Origin: Eledone cirrhosa
Taxonomy: Eukaryota
Direction of reading: 5' to 3'
DNA length: 64,000 bases
Assembly (NCBI GenBank): GCA_964016885.1
Contig: OZ024746.1
Span: 9,300,001 to 9,364,000, forward strand
The position numbers and the translations under genes were made by a program. Positions 13,246-27,659 of the stretch are shown here, piece after piece. The notes beneath the pieces were generated by a model. It was given only the letters and a program-made list of their open reading frames with translations, did not search any database and was not told where the DNA came from. Position 1 is the stretch's first letter, and each line of letters begins with the position of its first letter.

Positions 13246-16040
13246 TGATATTAGTCGTATTGCTGTTGTGATGGTGGTGGTGGTGATATTAGTGGTATTG
13301 CTGTTGTGATGGTGGTGGTGGTGATATTAGTGGTATTGCTGTTGTGATGGTGGTGGTGGTGATATTAGTGGTATTGCTGTTGTGATGGTGGTGGTGGTGA
13401 TATTAGTGGTATTGTTGTTGTGATGGTGGTGGTGGTGATATTAGTGGTATTGCTGTTGTGATGGTGGTGGTGGTGATATTAGTGGTATTGCTGTTGTGAT
13501 GGTGGTGGTGGTGATATTAGTGGTATTGCTGTTGTGATGGTGGTGGTGGTGATATTAGTGGTATTGTTGTTGTGATGGTGGTGGTGGTGATATTAGTGGT
13601 ATTGCTGTTGTGATGGTGATGGTGTTGATATTAGTGGTATTGTTGTTGTGATGGTGGTGGTGGTGTTGATATTAGTGTTATTGCTGTTGTGATGGTGGTG
13701 GTGGTGATATTAGTGGTATTGTTGTTGTGATGGTGGTGGTGTTGATATTAGTGGTATTGTTGTTGTGATGGTGATGCTGTTGATATTAGTGGTATTGCTG
13801 TTGTGATGGTGGTGGTGGTGATATTAGTGGTATTGCTGTTGTGATGGTGGTGGTGTTGATATTAGTGGTATTGCTGTTGTGATGGTGGTGGTGTTGATAT
13901 TAGTGGTATTGCTGTTGTGATGGTGGTGGTGGTGTTGATATTAGTGGTATTGCTGTTGTGATGGTGGTGGTGTTGATATTAGTGGTATTGCTGTTGTGAT
14001 GGTGGTGGTGGTGATATTAGTGGTATTGCTGTTGTGATGGTGGTGGTGGTGATATTAGTGGTATTGCTGTTGTGATGGTGGTGGTGGTGGTGGTGTTGAT
14101 ATTAGTGGTATTGCTGTTGTGATGGTGGTGGTGTTGATATTAGTGGTATTGCTGTTGTGATGGTGGTGGTGTTGATATTAGTGGTATTGCTGTTGTGATG
14201 GTGGTGGTGTTGATATTAGTGGTATTGCTGTTGTGATGGTGGTGGTGGTGATATTAGTGGTATTGCTGTTGTGATGGTGGTGGTGTTGATATTAGTGGTA
14301 TTGCTGTTGTGATGGTGGTGGTGGTGATATTAGTGGTATTGCTGTTGTGATGGTGGTGGTGGTGATATTAGTGGTATTGCTGTTGTGATGGTGGTGGTGG
14401 TGGTGGTGTTGATATTAGTGGTATTGCTGTTGTGATGGTGGTGGTGTTGATATTAGTGGTATTGCTGTTGTGATGGTGGTGGTGGTGATATTAGTGGTAT
14501 TGCTGTTGTGATGGTGGTGGTGTTGATATTAGTGGTATTGCTGTTGTGATGGTGGTGGTGTTGATATTAGTGGTATTGCTGTTGTGATGGTGGTGGTGGT
14601 GATATTAGTGGTATTGTTGTTGTGATGGTGGTGGTGTTGATATTAGTGGTATTGTTGTTGTGATGGTGGTGGTGGTGGTGTTGATATTAGTGGTATTGCT
14701 GTTGTGATGGTGGTGGTGTTGATATTAGTGGTATTGCTGTTGTGATGGTGGTGGTGTTGATATTAGTGGTATTGCTGTTGTGATGGTGGTGGTGGTGATA
14801 TTAGTGGTATTGTTGTTGTGATGGTGGTGGTGTTGATATTAGTGGTATTGTTGTTGTGATGGTGGTGGTGGTGGTGTTGATATTAGTGGTATTGCTGTTG
14901 TGATGGTGGTGGTGGTGATATTAGTGGTATTTCTGTTGCGATGGTGGTGGTGGTGATATTAGTGGTATTGTTGTTGTGATGGTGATGGTGGTGGTGTTGA
15001 TATTAGTGGTATTTCTGTTGTGATGGTGGTGGTGGTGATATTAGTGGTATTGCTGTTGTGATGGTGGTGGTGGTGGTGGTGTTGATATTAGTGGTATTTC
15101 TGTTGTGATGGTGGTGGTGGTGATATTAGTGGTATTGTTGTTGTGATGGTGATGGTGGTGGTGTTGATATTAGTGGTATTGTTGTTGTGATGGTGATGGT
15201 GGTGGTGTTGATATTAGTGGTATTGCTGTTGTGATGGTGGTGGTGGTGATATTAGTGGTATTTCTGTTGCGATGGTGGTGGTGGTGATATTAGTGGTATT
15301 GTTGTTGTGATGGTGATGGTGGTGGTGTTGATATTAGTGGTATTGTTGTTGTGATGGTGATGGTGGTGGTGTTGATATTAGTGGTATTGCTGTTGTGATG
15401 GTGATGGTGGTGGTGGTGATATTAGTGGTATTGTTGTTGTGATGGTGGTGGTGTTGATATTAGTGGTATTGTTGTTGTGATGGTGGTGGTGTTGATATTA
15501 GTGGTATTGTTGTTGTGATGGTGATGGTGGTGGTGATATTAGTGGTATTTCTGTTGTGATGGTGGTGGTGGTGGTGGTGTTGATATTAGTGGTATTGCTG
15601 TTGTGGTGGTGGTGTTGATATTAGTGGTATTGCTGTTGTGATGGTGGTGGTGGTGTTGATATTAGTGGTATTGCTGTTGTGATGGTGGTGGTGGTGATAT
15701 TAGTGGTATTGCTGTTGTGATGGTGGTGGTGGTGGTGGTGTTGATATTAGTGGTATTGCTGTTGTGGTGGTGGTGGTGTTGATATTAGTGGTATTGCTGT
15801 TGTGATGGTGGTGGTGGTGTTGATATTAGTGGTATTGCTGTTGTGATGGTGGTGGTGGTGGTGGTGTTGATATTAGTGGTATTGCTGTTGTGATGGTGGT
15901 GGTGTTGATATTAGTGGTATTGCTGTTGTGATGGTGGCGGTGGTGATATTAGTGGTATTGCTGTTGTGATGGTGGTGGTGTTGATATTAGTGGTATTGCT
16001 GTTGTGATGGTGGCGGTGGTGATATTAGTGGTATTGCTGT
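13246..16040. repeat. 38-bp minisatellite, roughly 70 copies, with variable GGT number
   Basis: Unit gatattagtggtattgctgttgtgatggtggtggtggt. Confidence 0.97.
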
Positions 16041-16357
16041 ACCTTATTAGTTTTAGTTCCCACTATTCTGGGTTTCTACTAGAATTCAATGTCTATTCCT
16101 CTTGCAGCAGCTACACATAGAAGCCCCTCTTTAAACACATACCACTGATCATCACTCACTGAATACCAACAACGCAATGATTGACTTTCAGAAATCGTGT
16201 TACTATGGTTACATGGATTTCACTCCAGTTAGCATTTTCGTTATTTTCTACTACTGGAATTTCAAGTGAACTACACAGATTTTTCTTAATAGGAATATTT
16301 AATCTTTGCGTGTTTGTTTGCCTCTCGTTGTGTCTATCGTTATTTAGTATTATTATA

Positions 16358-16985
16358 GGGCGGTAGATTGGCAGTATTGGTAGAGGGTCGCATGGAGTTA
16401 TGGCCCTTTATTGTCTGAGTTCAAATCCGCCGAGGTTAACTTTTTCATCCTTACGGGGTCGATAAAATAAAGTACCAGTAATACACTGGGTTAATTGCTG
16501 GCCTTGTGCCAAAAGTAGAAACGATTATTTAGTATTATTATTTATTCTTCTTCTTCTTATTATTATTATTATTAATAATCATAAGAAGAAGAATAAATAA
16601 TTGTTTCTACGTTAGGCACAAAGCCAGCACATACCCAGTGTATTACTGGTACTCTATTTTATCGTCCCCCGTAAGGATGAAAGGCAAAGTTAACCTCGGC
16701 GGGATTTGAACTCAGAATAAATAAAAACACTAAATAATCGTTTCTACTTTGTGGCTACCCTTGTGGTTCATAAAGAAAGCAAAATGGCGGTGGATTGGCA
16801 AAGTCAGTAGAGGGTCGGACGCCATGCTTTCCAGCATAGTTACGTTCCTTTACGATCTGAGTTCAAATCCCGCCGAGGTTAACTTTGCCTTTCATCCTTA
16901 CGGGGTCAATAAAATAAAGTACCAGTAATGCACTGGGGTAATTGCTGGCCTTGTGCCTAAAGTAGAAACAATTATTATTATTAAT
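16358..16985. mobile_element. Cluster of three SINE family 1 copies (+16358-16530, -16600-16713, +16785-16985)
   Basis: TSDs ttatttagtattatta (first copy) and agaataaataa (second copy). Confidence 0.9.
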
Positions 16986-17075
16986 AATATTTTTTTTTTT
17001 CATTTTCGTTGTTGTAGTTGTTGTCTACAGCGGCTTTAATTTTATCAACGATATCCACCTCCTTCTCCCCAACAC

Positions 17076-17126
<51 letters not shown>

Positions 17127-17277
17127 AATCTTCATCATCATCATCGTCGTCATCGTCGTCGTCATTATGTGCCCACCTAAATATAAAATATAAAATATAA
17201 AATTTTCGGAGTTTTATGTATATATATATATATATAGGATAACAAGGTATCTTTTAAGGTAATCCAGCTAGAGGTTG

Positions 17278-17327
<50 letters not shown>

Positions 17328-17340
17328 TACATATATATAA

Positions 17341-17483
17341 GATCCCGTTAAGGTGGAAAGCAGCGTTTCTTTCCTTAAACCTTAATCTGTTATTCTAATA
17401 AATATTTGCTCTAGGGTTCTTATATATTTGATATATATTTATCCTTATCGAGCCCTCTTTGGATTCACATTTATTATTATTAC

Positions 17484-17485
<2 letters not shown>
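17341..17485 (+). mobile_element. PLE-type 3' fragment with 3' half of an HHR with expanded stem III
   Basis: gatcccgttaaggtgGAAAgca...tgcTCtaggg; tail shared with 10167-10290; TA-flanked. Confidence 0.5.
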
Positions 17486-17565
<80 letters not shown>

Positions 17566-17569
17566 TATA

Positions 17570-17604
<35 letters not shown>

Positions 17605-17608
<4 letters not shown>

Positions 17609-17756
17609 GTAGAACACTGGAAGGTAATATCCGTAGTGGTAGAGCACTCAGTCCATGGGACGAGTTAGGTAGAAGTGGTTACACGAACTGAGGATCCGCT
17701 AAGGTGAAACAATTGTTCTCGGTATGGTGAACTGACTGTTGTGTAACCACTTCTAT
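17605..17756. mobile_element. Small PLE-type fold-back element with HHR at 17684-17721 (+)
   Basis: CTGAGGA tccgctaaggt GAAA caattg TT ctcg; IR agaagtggttacacga / ttgtgtaaccacttct; TA-flanked. Confidence 0.7.
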
Positions 17757-18059
17757 ATATATATATATCATTCCACCACATATGCCGAACCGCTTTCCAT
17801 CTCACCCATCCTGATAAAACATTTTTCTTTCCCCCTTCAACACTCCTCTTTCTCATAACTTTATTATTTCTCTATTTATTCCTCCGCAATGCTAAAGAGA
17901 TCTGAATGGATGCCCAACATTCCAAGTTGTTTTTTAAAGGGCTTAGAAAAACTGAAGGACCGCTGCAATAAGTTGTGTTATACAGATAAAATCTAGTTAT
18001 CTGCTAGATATTTATATTGATTAATGTTATCCATTAATGTTACATTACGACATATGAAT

Positions 18060-18342
18060 AGTTGTTGTTGTTGTTGTTACAGCTCACACCTATGCAGGTT
18101 TAGCTGGCCTCCTCCAAGGTATATCTCATTGGAGGTGTCTTGGGTGATTTAATGATAGGGACCCCAGTCCCTATCATCTCATTTCTACAGCTGAGTAAAC
18201 TGGAGCAACGTGAAATAGAGTGTCATGCTCAAAGAAACAACACATCACCCGGTCCGAGAATTGAACTCACAACGTTTCGATTGCAAGCCCAATGCTCTAA
18301 CCACTAAGGCATGCGCCTTCACCACTAAGCCATGTGCCTTAC
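18060..18342 (-). mobile_element. tRNA-derived SINE family 2 with duplicated head and (CAA)n tail
   Basis: tggcttagtggttagagc...gagttcaattctc; homologous to 34755-35001. Confidence 0.88.
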
Positions 18343-19182
18343 ATATGAATAGTGGGCTTCTATTTAAAACTTCAACTTCTATTTTGCCATTTCTCTTACT
18401 GCAATAAAACAGGTTAGTTGGCAATGAATTCGAGTACAGGAAGATATAAACTCAGCTAAAGTATATATTGGTAGTTTCCAGAACTTGTCATCAGGTTCTT
18501 ATCATAGACGTGTTTACGAGTGTCTACATCATGTTTAGAACTCTTCAAAACACTTCTATGGTTCATTTTCTTTGTGTTACATCTCCATTGCTATCTAGCT
18601 GTACTATACAAACGCAATTGTAAACAACAGTAATCTTTAGCACTAACACTATGAGACATCGACTACAGAAACACTTAAAACTAAAGAAAGCCTTCACAGT
18701 AAAATTTCCAGAATCGTCTGTAAATTTGCAGGAAAGAAACTTTGGAAGAGCTTATGGTTAAATCATATTTTGCGATGAAATATACATATGGCAATTTACA
18801 GACAAACCTCCTTTCGACTGTTATCCATCTAATTGAAGATACATTCCTAGTTAATCATTTGCAATGGTCAAACAATGCTCATCTATTATGATATGATGAG
18901 GTGGTGGTATTTCAATAAAGGAAGATTTAGTAATTATATAATGCCTCGAGACACAACCATACAGTATATAACTTAACAGAATATTTTGAAGAAGTTGGTT
19001 AATCATATAGTCATTCATAACTTCCCTCTATTAAGAAAACTGATGCATCCTGTCAGACAGCAAAATGCATGAAAGATTGAGACTGTAAACACTCCATGGA
19101 TTCAAATAAAACTTGCAGTCTCTAAAGCATCAAGAGAAATTACTTCAGTTATGAACACAGAAAATAGCATTTTATTGTTAGG

Positions 19183-19600
19183 CATCATCATCATCATCAC
19201 TGTATAACGTCCATTTTCCACGCTAACAGGGGTTAGACGAGTTGTCCTATTTGAGGCAAATTGAAGTCAGATGACCATGCCTTGCTCATGCAAGACTGAT
19301 TTTGGTTTGGTTTCTACGGCTAGATGTGCTTCCTAACGCTAACCACATTTACAGTGTAGACTGGGTGCTTTTGTCGTGACACATACACGAACACCTTACA
19401 GTGTGGGCTGGGTGCATTTTGTCGTAACACCTACACGACCACTTTACAGTGTGGGCTGGATGCGTTTTGTCGTGACACATACACGAATACCTTACAGTGT
19501 GGGTTGGGTGCGTTTTGTCGTGACACCTGCACGACCATCTAACAGTGTGGGTTGGGCGCTTTTTTATCGTGTTGCCATCACGACCACTTTACAATGTCAA
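19183..19600 (-). mobile_element. Retroposon 3' end with (TGA)n tail and internal about 48-bp tandem repeat x5
   Basis: (cat)n at 19183; repeat ttacagtgtgggctgggtgcgttttgtcgtgacac. Confidence 0.55.
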
Positions 19601-19804
19601 AAATCATGACTGACAACTTTGGTGTTATATTAGGCAAATGAGTATCCTATCATGTATTGATCAGTATAACATTGATATTTCTAATTTTGTAAACTATTCA
19701 ACTGATTATTTTTTAATAAAATACATTTCTACTTTCCTTATCTAAATTATTAATACCAATGTGAACCCCGATTTTTAAGAGCGCATTCAGACTTCTGAGC
19801 AGCG

Positions 19805-19978
<174 letters not shown>

Positions 19979-20041
19979 ACATATTTATATATATATATAT
20001 ATATAATTGATTGTGTGAGTGTGTATGCATTTTATAAAAAT

Positions 20042-20226
20042 AATTGTTTCTACTTTAGGCACAAGGCCAGCAAATTAACCAGTGCATTACTGGTACTTTA
20101 TTTTATCGACCCCGTAAGGATGAAAGGCAAAGTCAACCTCGGTGGGATTTGAACTCAGATCGTAAAGGGACGTAACTATGTTGGAAAGCATGGCGTCCGA
20201 CCCTCTACCGATACTGCCAATCCACA
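20042..20226 (-). mobile_element. SINE family 1, near full length
   Basis: A and B boxes, core; flanking repeat aaaaataat. Confidence 0.92.
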
Positions 20227-20299
20227 AAAAATAATGAATGTTAGTCACGTTATTCGACACACGCACATATACACACATATATATTTACATTATATTTAA

Positions 20300-20371
<72 letters not shown>

Positions 20372-20930
20372 ACTGTTAACAGAGACTGTGAGTCAATCGA
20401 AATCGAAATTTAGGACACTGGAAATATACAGACAAGGTTATCAATTTTAGTAATGATTTTTGTTACACTACTAACATATTTTTTAATATCTTATCCTTTT
20501 TTGTTTGTATATATATGTATATATATATGTATGGAAGTGTGTATGTATATATACATAGATATAGACATATATAATATATATATTGATTTATCTGTTTCTC
20601 TGATTACACTGTTTTTACATTTTGATATCTTTTTATCAATGTTTTTCTAATATCTATATCTGGACACACACATACACACATACACACACATACACACATA
20701 CACACAAATACACACATTCACACTTTATACACCAATATACACATACACACACACGTAGATACAATTGTGACCGTGTGATTATGTGTATTGAATGATATAG
20801 ATGTATATGTGTTATATGTGTTTTTGATAATTTATACATATATATATATATTTACATATGTATTTATTGATGTATTTTTGCTTATACACAGACACAGATA
20901 CAAAGATTGATTACTTGTTAAGCAAATTGT

Positions 20931-21012
<82 letters not shown>

Positions 21013-21015
<3 letters not shown>

Positions 21016-21221
21016 CAAAGGAGTTGTGGTAAGGAACCAGATGGACCATAACGCACCAGAGTACTCAATACTTAGGGTAGTAGAGTGGGTAATAGGAGAA
21101 AGTATGACCCCGACGGCAAAGCTCAAGCCGTTTCGACGGCTATTTCTGGACTGAAATAGCCGTCCAGAAATAGCCGTCGAAATGGCTTGAGCTCTGCCGT
21201 CGGGGTCATACTTTCTCCTAT
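21013..21221. mobile_element. PLE family C 3' terminus folded back inside HHR stem II
   Basis: Arms 21093-21150 / 21161-21220; tail 21013-21092; TA-flanked. Confidence 0.85.
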
Positions 21222-21227
21222 ATATAC

Positions 21228-21272
<45 letters not shown>

Positions 21273-21281
21273 TATATATAT

Positions 21282-21314
<33 letters not shown>

Positions 21315-21319
21315 CATGT

Positions 21320-21826
21320 AGTCGATTAGGTGCCAGATCCACGATGAGCAGCTTTGGAAAGAGTTGAGGTAAACTTAGAAACGACCTGTACCAGCCCCTT
21401 CCAAATCACCAGCGACGTGAAGCAAGGTTGTGTTCTTGCTCCGACTATGTTCTTATTTTTCAACATGATACTGAAACAAGCCATGAAAGACCAACAAGAA
21501 GACGAGGGGACGTACATCAGTTTCCGCTCCGATAGAAGATTCTTCAGTTTGCGACTGTTGCTGGCACACACCAAGGCAACAGTAAAGCTGATTCGATAGC
21601 TCCTATTCGCTGACGACGCTGCATTTCTTGCCCACACTGAAAGCGTCATGCAATACCTTAGTTCATTCTTTCAAATTGCTTCTAACCTATTTGGCCTGGA
21701 TGTCAGCATGAAGTCCTGCACCAGCCTCTTCTCTCCACATGATGTACATCATACAACAAATATTTCTATCAAGCCTGCCAGGCTGAACACTTTAAAGCAG
21801 TTCTGCTATACTAGTATCGCCAAAGG

Positions 21827-21828
<2 letters not shown>
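21320..21828 (+). mobile_element. RTE-clade LINE reverse transcriptase fragment (pseudogenized)
   Basis: FQITSDVKQGCVLAPTMF...IR*LLFADDAAFLAHTE; RTE-type RT motifs with a stop codon and frameshifts. Confidence 0.88.
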
Positions 21829-21904
<76 letters not shown>

Positions 21905-21909
21905 ATATG

Positions 21910-22033
21910 TAGAAGTTCTATTTAAATTGTTGGGATACAACAAGCAAATATTTTTATAACTGATATAAAGCACTCAACAAATAATTGGAGTAAAAATACG
22001 ATATTAACAAATGGAAACTATATTTATAAAACC
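21910..22033 (-). mobile_element. PLE family A extreme 3' end (no HHR)
   Basis: Matches 6997-7121; adjacent to TA/TG tract. Confidence 0.8.
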
Positions 22034-22161
22034 GGGAGCTTCCAACAGTAATGGTTGCATATATATAAACAGATATATCGAAATAAAATAATAACATATA
22101 TATTTATATAAACAAACAAACAGATATTATATCGAAATAAAAAAACCATCTCGTTTAAGCT

Positions 22162-22212
<51 letters not shown>

Positions 22213-23302
22213 TGTGTGTGCGTGTATATATATATATATGACAAACAGAAATACATACATAAACATAGGCACATATACATTCCAATATATATAGGAATGC
22301 ATAAATGTATTTATTTATATATGAATGTATTGATGTATGTATACATTTATTTACGTATATATCTATGTATGTATGTATATTTGATTGTATAAATGTATTG
22401 ATGTGAAGGATATATACGTTTATTTTTACTTTATTTTAAATCAGGCAGAATCATAGATTAAGTTAGAGATCAATAAACTAAATAGCTTTTCCACTTCTTC
22501 ATTTCGGAAATCCAGCATCGATACGTGTCCACTTCTTTACAAAGTAAGATGGAAAAATGAAACACTAAGCTGTTGTAATAATTTCCTTGTGAAATGAATT
22601 ATCCATAACATATTACAAGTGATAGGATTTGACAAAGATTGAACCAACACAGTCGGTAAAATTCGATTAAAAACAAGGCACCAGAAAAAGCAAATTTTCT
22701 AGCGGCGACCGCTTCCGCTTTATCGTGAATCGAGTCGGTAAATAACTAATCGATAACTAATTATACTATCCAAACTAATAATGGCATTAGTTCCAATTCC
22801 TAGTGCACGTAACCGTTTGCTCCAACAAGAGTTTTCACTGTCTGCGAAGCAATACCGATCGAATTTTTAGTCAGATGTGAAAATTGATCACTTTCGGTTC
22901 AGCAGTGTTTACTATCGTTACTACATGTAGATAAACGACACAATAAAAATGCGAGAGAGAGAGACGGGGAGAGAGAGGGGGGGGGGGGGACAGAGAGAGA
23001 AAGAGAGAGAGAGAGAGTGGGTGAGAGGCAACGAGAGAGGGAGAATGAAAACATATATAACTACACAAGTGAATATATGTTAGAGACATCAATGTGATCG
23101 ATACTAGCAGTTTGTCCCAAAACAACTTATTGTTTTTCCTTATAAGAATAATTAACACAGAGTGATCTTCTGAAATTAATTTCACGTTTTATGTGGGAGT
23201 TAAATAAGATATTTGAACCTCATACCAAACTTTAATATTGTACTTCATATACAAAGAGACATCCACACTCATACACAGATGCACATACACTCATACTTAT
23301 AC

Positions 23303-23400
<98 letters not shown>

Positions 23401-24282
23401 ACATATATACATACACACACACACACATATCTATATATATACATATATATAATATGCTCTAATGAAGAATATATCTCAGAACATAGCGATGATGTGATTG
23501 AAAGAAATCATTTTGATATATTTATTAATTATTGTTTTTAAAAAAAATGAATGAAAATTAATTGAACACTGATTGAATCAGATGTGCTTGCGTGTTATAT
23601 TTCATCTTTATTGATTCATAAAAATTCGTAAAAACTTCGATTATAAGCACAGCTTATGTGGATATCTGAGATAAGAAACATATCCATATCTTTATCAGAT
23701 GTCAGAGGAGAAGGTTCTGAAAGATTAAATTTGCAGATATTCACTTTATTTCTTTGTAATAGGTTAAATATCGTAGTGAAAAAAGAAAGTTACGTGAAAA
23801 GTTGAACGTGTACACATTAATAACGATGCTATTTTTACCAAGCTTCCAACGACTGTGAATCATTTAACGATGTTGTTGCTTAAATCTTGTTTGACGTTGT
23901 GACCGAAGTTGGATCAAATTAATACACCATGGTGAGGAGTTCCATTCCACGTAAACATGCTTCCGTATTGAAATTTTCTTTGTATTGTCAATGAAAAGCA
24001 GACAATATCCGAGGCAACGAGGGTTCATCTGCATGGTAGTTATACTTGCTAGAAACAGCAGCCAGAAGTCTCTCAAATTATACTAACACTGTCTTAAAGA
24101 TATGGTTGGAATGGCGAAGATCACAGGTTCAATGGATCAAGATTCAGTTTGGGCTAAACAAAACCAGGAAATATCTGTCAACCTTGATTTCAACATCAGA
24201 ACCTTTCAATAGCTTTACTTATTTAATTCGGAATTATGCAAAGCAATAACTACCCTCATTATCATTTTCATCTGAGTCGGGC

Positions 24283-24516
24283 CGTGAATGAGTGAAGCGG
24301 TAGAGCATCGGACAAAATGATTTGTCGTGATATAAGTACGGCTCTTTACGTTCTGATAATCAAATTCCGCGATGGTTAGCTATACCTTTTATCCTTACGT
24401 GTCGATAAAATTAAGACACACTGGGATTGATCTAATCGCCACCCTCCCACCCTCGCTAATCGCCACCCTCCCACCCTCGCTAAAATTGTTGCTCTTGTGC
24501 CTAAATCAGTAACAAT
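24283..24516 (+). mobile_element. Diverged SINE family 1 with internal about 24-bp tandem duplication
   Basis: Core ccttttatccttacgtgtcgataaaatt; ctaatcgccaccctcccaccctcg x2. Confidence 0.8.
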
Positions 24517-24536
24517 TTTTTTTTTTTTTTGTTTCT

Positions 24537-24800
24537 TTTGTATTGATAATTCTCTTCATAATACGTGTGCAGTTCCTAGTAGTGCTATGTTTTGTACACT
24601 ATATATATTTGCATGTCCTGGGGCTTTGGTTATGAATCTCTCTGTATTTTATCATTCCCAGAGCACCTATATTTATAGGTATGGTATTGTTTCTCTTTCA
24701 TTATCCGCATTCGGGTTATTTTTTTATCTCTAGATCTTTATATTTGGATAATTTCTCCATTTCTTTGGTAGATATATTGTCGTCTGTGTGGATTGATAGA
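24537..24800 (-). mobile_element. R4/Dong-clade retrotransposon endonuclease C-terminal fragment
   Basis: DDNISTKEMEKLSKYKDLEI...IGALGMIK...VQNIALLGTAHVL motifs. Confidence 0.75.
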
Positions 24801-25012
24801 TTAGAAATAATGAAATTTACCTATTTTTATAGATACATAGCGAGCCCGGCCTTGAAACAAATATTCTAATGAATAAAGAACGTAAAACGGAGTTGAAAGG
24901 ACTGTTGAGAAATATACGTTGTAACTAGATGATGTAGATGATTGAGTGAAGAAAACATTATTTTGACTTATTTGGCAAGGAGGATAAATGGGTAAGCTAT
25001 GAAGGAGGAGGA

Positions 25013-25109
25013 GAAGAAGAAGAAGAAGAAGAAGAAGAAGAAGAAGAAGAAGAAGAAGAAGAAGAAGAAGAAGAAGAAGAAGAAGAAGAAGAAGAAGAAG
25101 AAGAAGAAG
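25013..25109. repeat. (GAA)n microsatellite
   Basis: Direct inspection. Confidence 0.97.
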
Positions 25110-25469
25110 GGTGTTAAATAGATGCTTATTGGATAAGAAACACAATGTGGTAGGAAAAGCAAGCAAAATATTGCCAAATCTCCGAGGGTGGGATTTTGAG
25201 ATGCTTTTACAGTCTCAGTGGAAATATTATCAGTAACAAAGATCATATCTAAGTTTATTCGCTTCATGACACACGTACACAGAAGCAGAGACATACACAC
25301 ACGCACACACTCACACACACACACACACACATAAAACATGAAGGCATACACCCAAACACAGATATACATATATAAATAGAAGGTACATATACATACATAA
25401 GTGTACACACACACACACACACGCGCGCGCTCTCTCACACACACACACACGCGCTCTCTCACACACACG

Positions 25470-25539
<70 letters not shown>

Positions 25540-25609
25540 TATGTATATATATATGTATATATATATATACATATATATATACATATATATGTATATATAT
25601 ACATATATA

Positions 25610-25779
25610 AGTTTATTCCGGGTTCAATCGGGGGTAACCACAGTAAGTAAGGTACTCAATAAAAAAGAAGAGTATAAATATTTAATATAGAAAAGGCTTC
25701 TACAGGACAAGAGCTGTTTCACTCGGGAGAAATCATTAGGAAGCTTGAATCAGTTCTGGTCCTGTAGAAGCCTTTCTAT

Positions 25780-25783
<4 letters not shown>
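25610..25783. mobile_element. Small PLE-type fold-back element with HHR at 25696-25744 (-), G5 mutated
   Basis: gcttc CTAATGA tttctcccgagt GAAA cag-ctcttgtc-ctg TA gaagc; IR arms 25684-25720 / 25747-25782. Confidence 0.7.
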
Positions 25784-25848
<65 letters not shown>

Positions 25849-25976
25849 AATTAATAAAAGAAACAAAACAAAAGAATGCAAAAATACACAGTTATAGTAG
25901 GTTCAAGGTTATTAGAAATTGAGGAGCGTTCATCGTTAAGAAGTCCTTCATCAAGAAGGTTCGATTAATTAGAACA

Positions 25977-26583
<607 letters not shown>

Positions 26584-26720
26584 TGTGTGTGAGTATATAT
26601 ATATATATATATATAAAATTCTGATTAAAAGTTTAACAAGGTTCAACGAATTCATCAATGAATAAAGTTTCACAATAGATTATAAGCACTATACAATAGG
26701 TTTTCTGGAGTTATTAATAT

Positions 26721-26866
26721 TACTTCAAAATATTCATAAATATAGACATTCATGTGATCAAATATATTTTATTATTACTGTTGAAATAGCTCAGTACCTC
26801 TGAAATATGTATAATAAAATATATTTGATTACATGAATGTCTATATTTATTAATATTTTGAAGTTA
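26721..26866. mobile_element. Fold-back element retaining only an HHR 3' half
   Basis: Arms 26722-26775 / 26811-26864; GAAAtatgtaTAataaaat at 26802. Confidence 0.6.
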
Positions 26867-26877
26867 TATATATATAT

Positions 26878-27332
26878 AAGTAAAATAATTAATGACAGAG
26901 TTACAAACTGTTAAAACATATCTTTATAAAGCTCTTACGCGTGTTTCGCCCAATGGGGCTCATCTGAGGCAGATATTACAAGCAAAGTTTTTAATTACAG
27001 ACCCTAAAAGGGTTAAATAAAAGTTAAATAAATGTTTTACTCTTTTAGGGTCTGTAATTAAAAACTTTGCTTGTAATATCTCCCTCAGATGAACCCCGTT
27101 GGGCGAAACACGTGTAAGAGCTTCATAAAGATATGTTTTAACGGCTCTTTCATTAATTATTTTGCTTATCACCGCTCTGCTTAACCTTACACTAAATATT
27201 AACTTTCTCTAATTTTTAACCCTGATAAACCAAGCATCGAGCACCTACGCCTCCGCTTTTGGCATGTAATATTCTGTATCACACCTTTTTATACCTCTTC
27301 TTTCTATCCTCTTTTACGATACTGTAACCTAT

Positions 27333-27335
<3 letters not shown>
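26878..27335. mobile_element. Fold-back element with degenerate HHRs at 26932-26970 (-) and 27082-27120 (+)
   Basis: CAGATGA accccgttgggc GAAA cacgtg TA agag; arms 26878-27016 / 27036-27169. Confidence 0.75.
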
Positions 27336-27425
<90 letters not shown>

Positions 27426-27603
27426 TATATAATATATATATATAGGAAGAAAATATTCGAACGTGAGATCCCACATTTGCTGCTCGTGACTTTATCTTCT
27501 TCCTAATTATATATGCTAACTCTGCATCCCATCATACATCGAGTACTGCTATCATTAGTGGTCTTTCTGGGCTTAGCACCGCATAAAGTCCACACACACA
27601 CAT

Positions 27604-27659
<56 letters not shown>

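Noticed and set aside
25920-25975. Minus-strand TTGATGAagg...GAAcg
   Set aside because: Too degenerate to call; possibly a dead HHR
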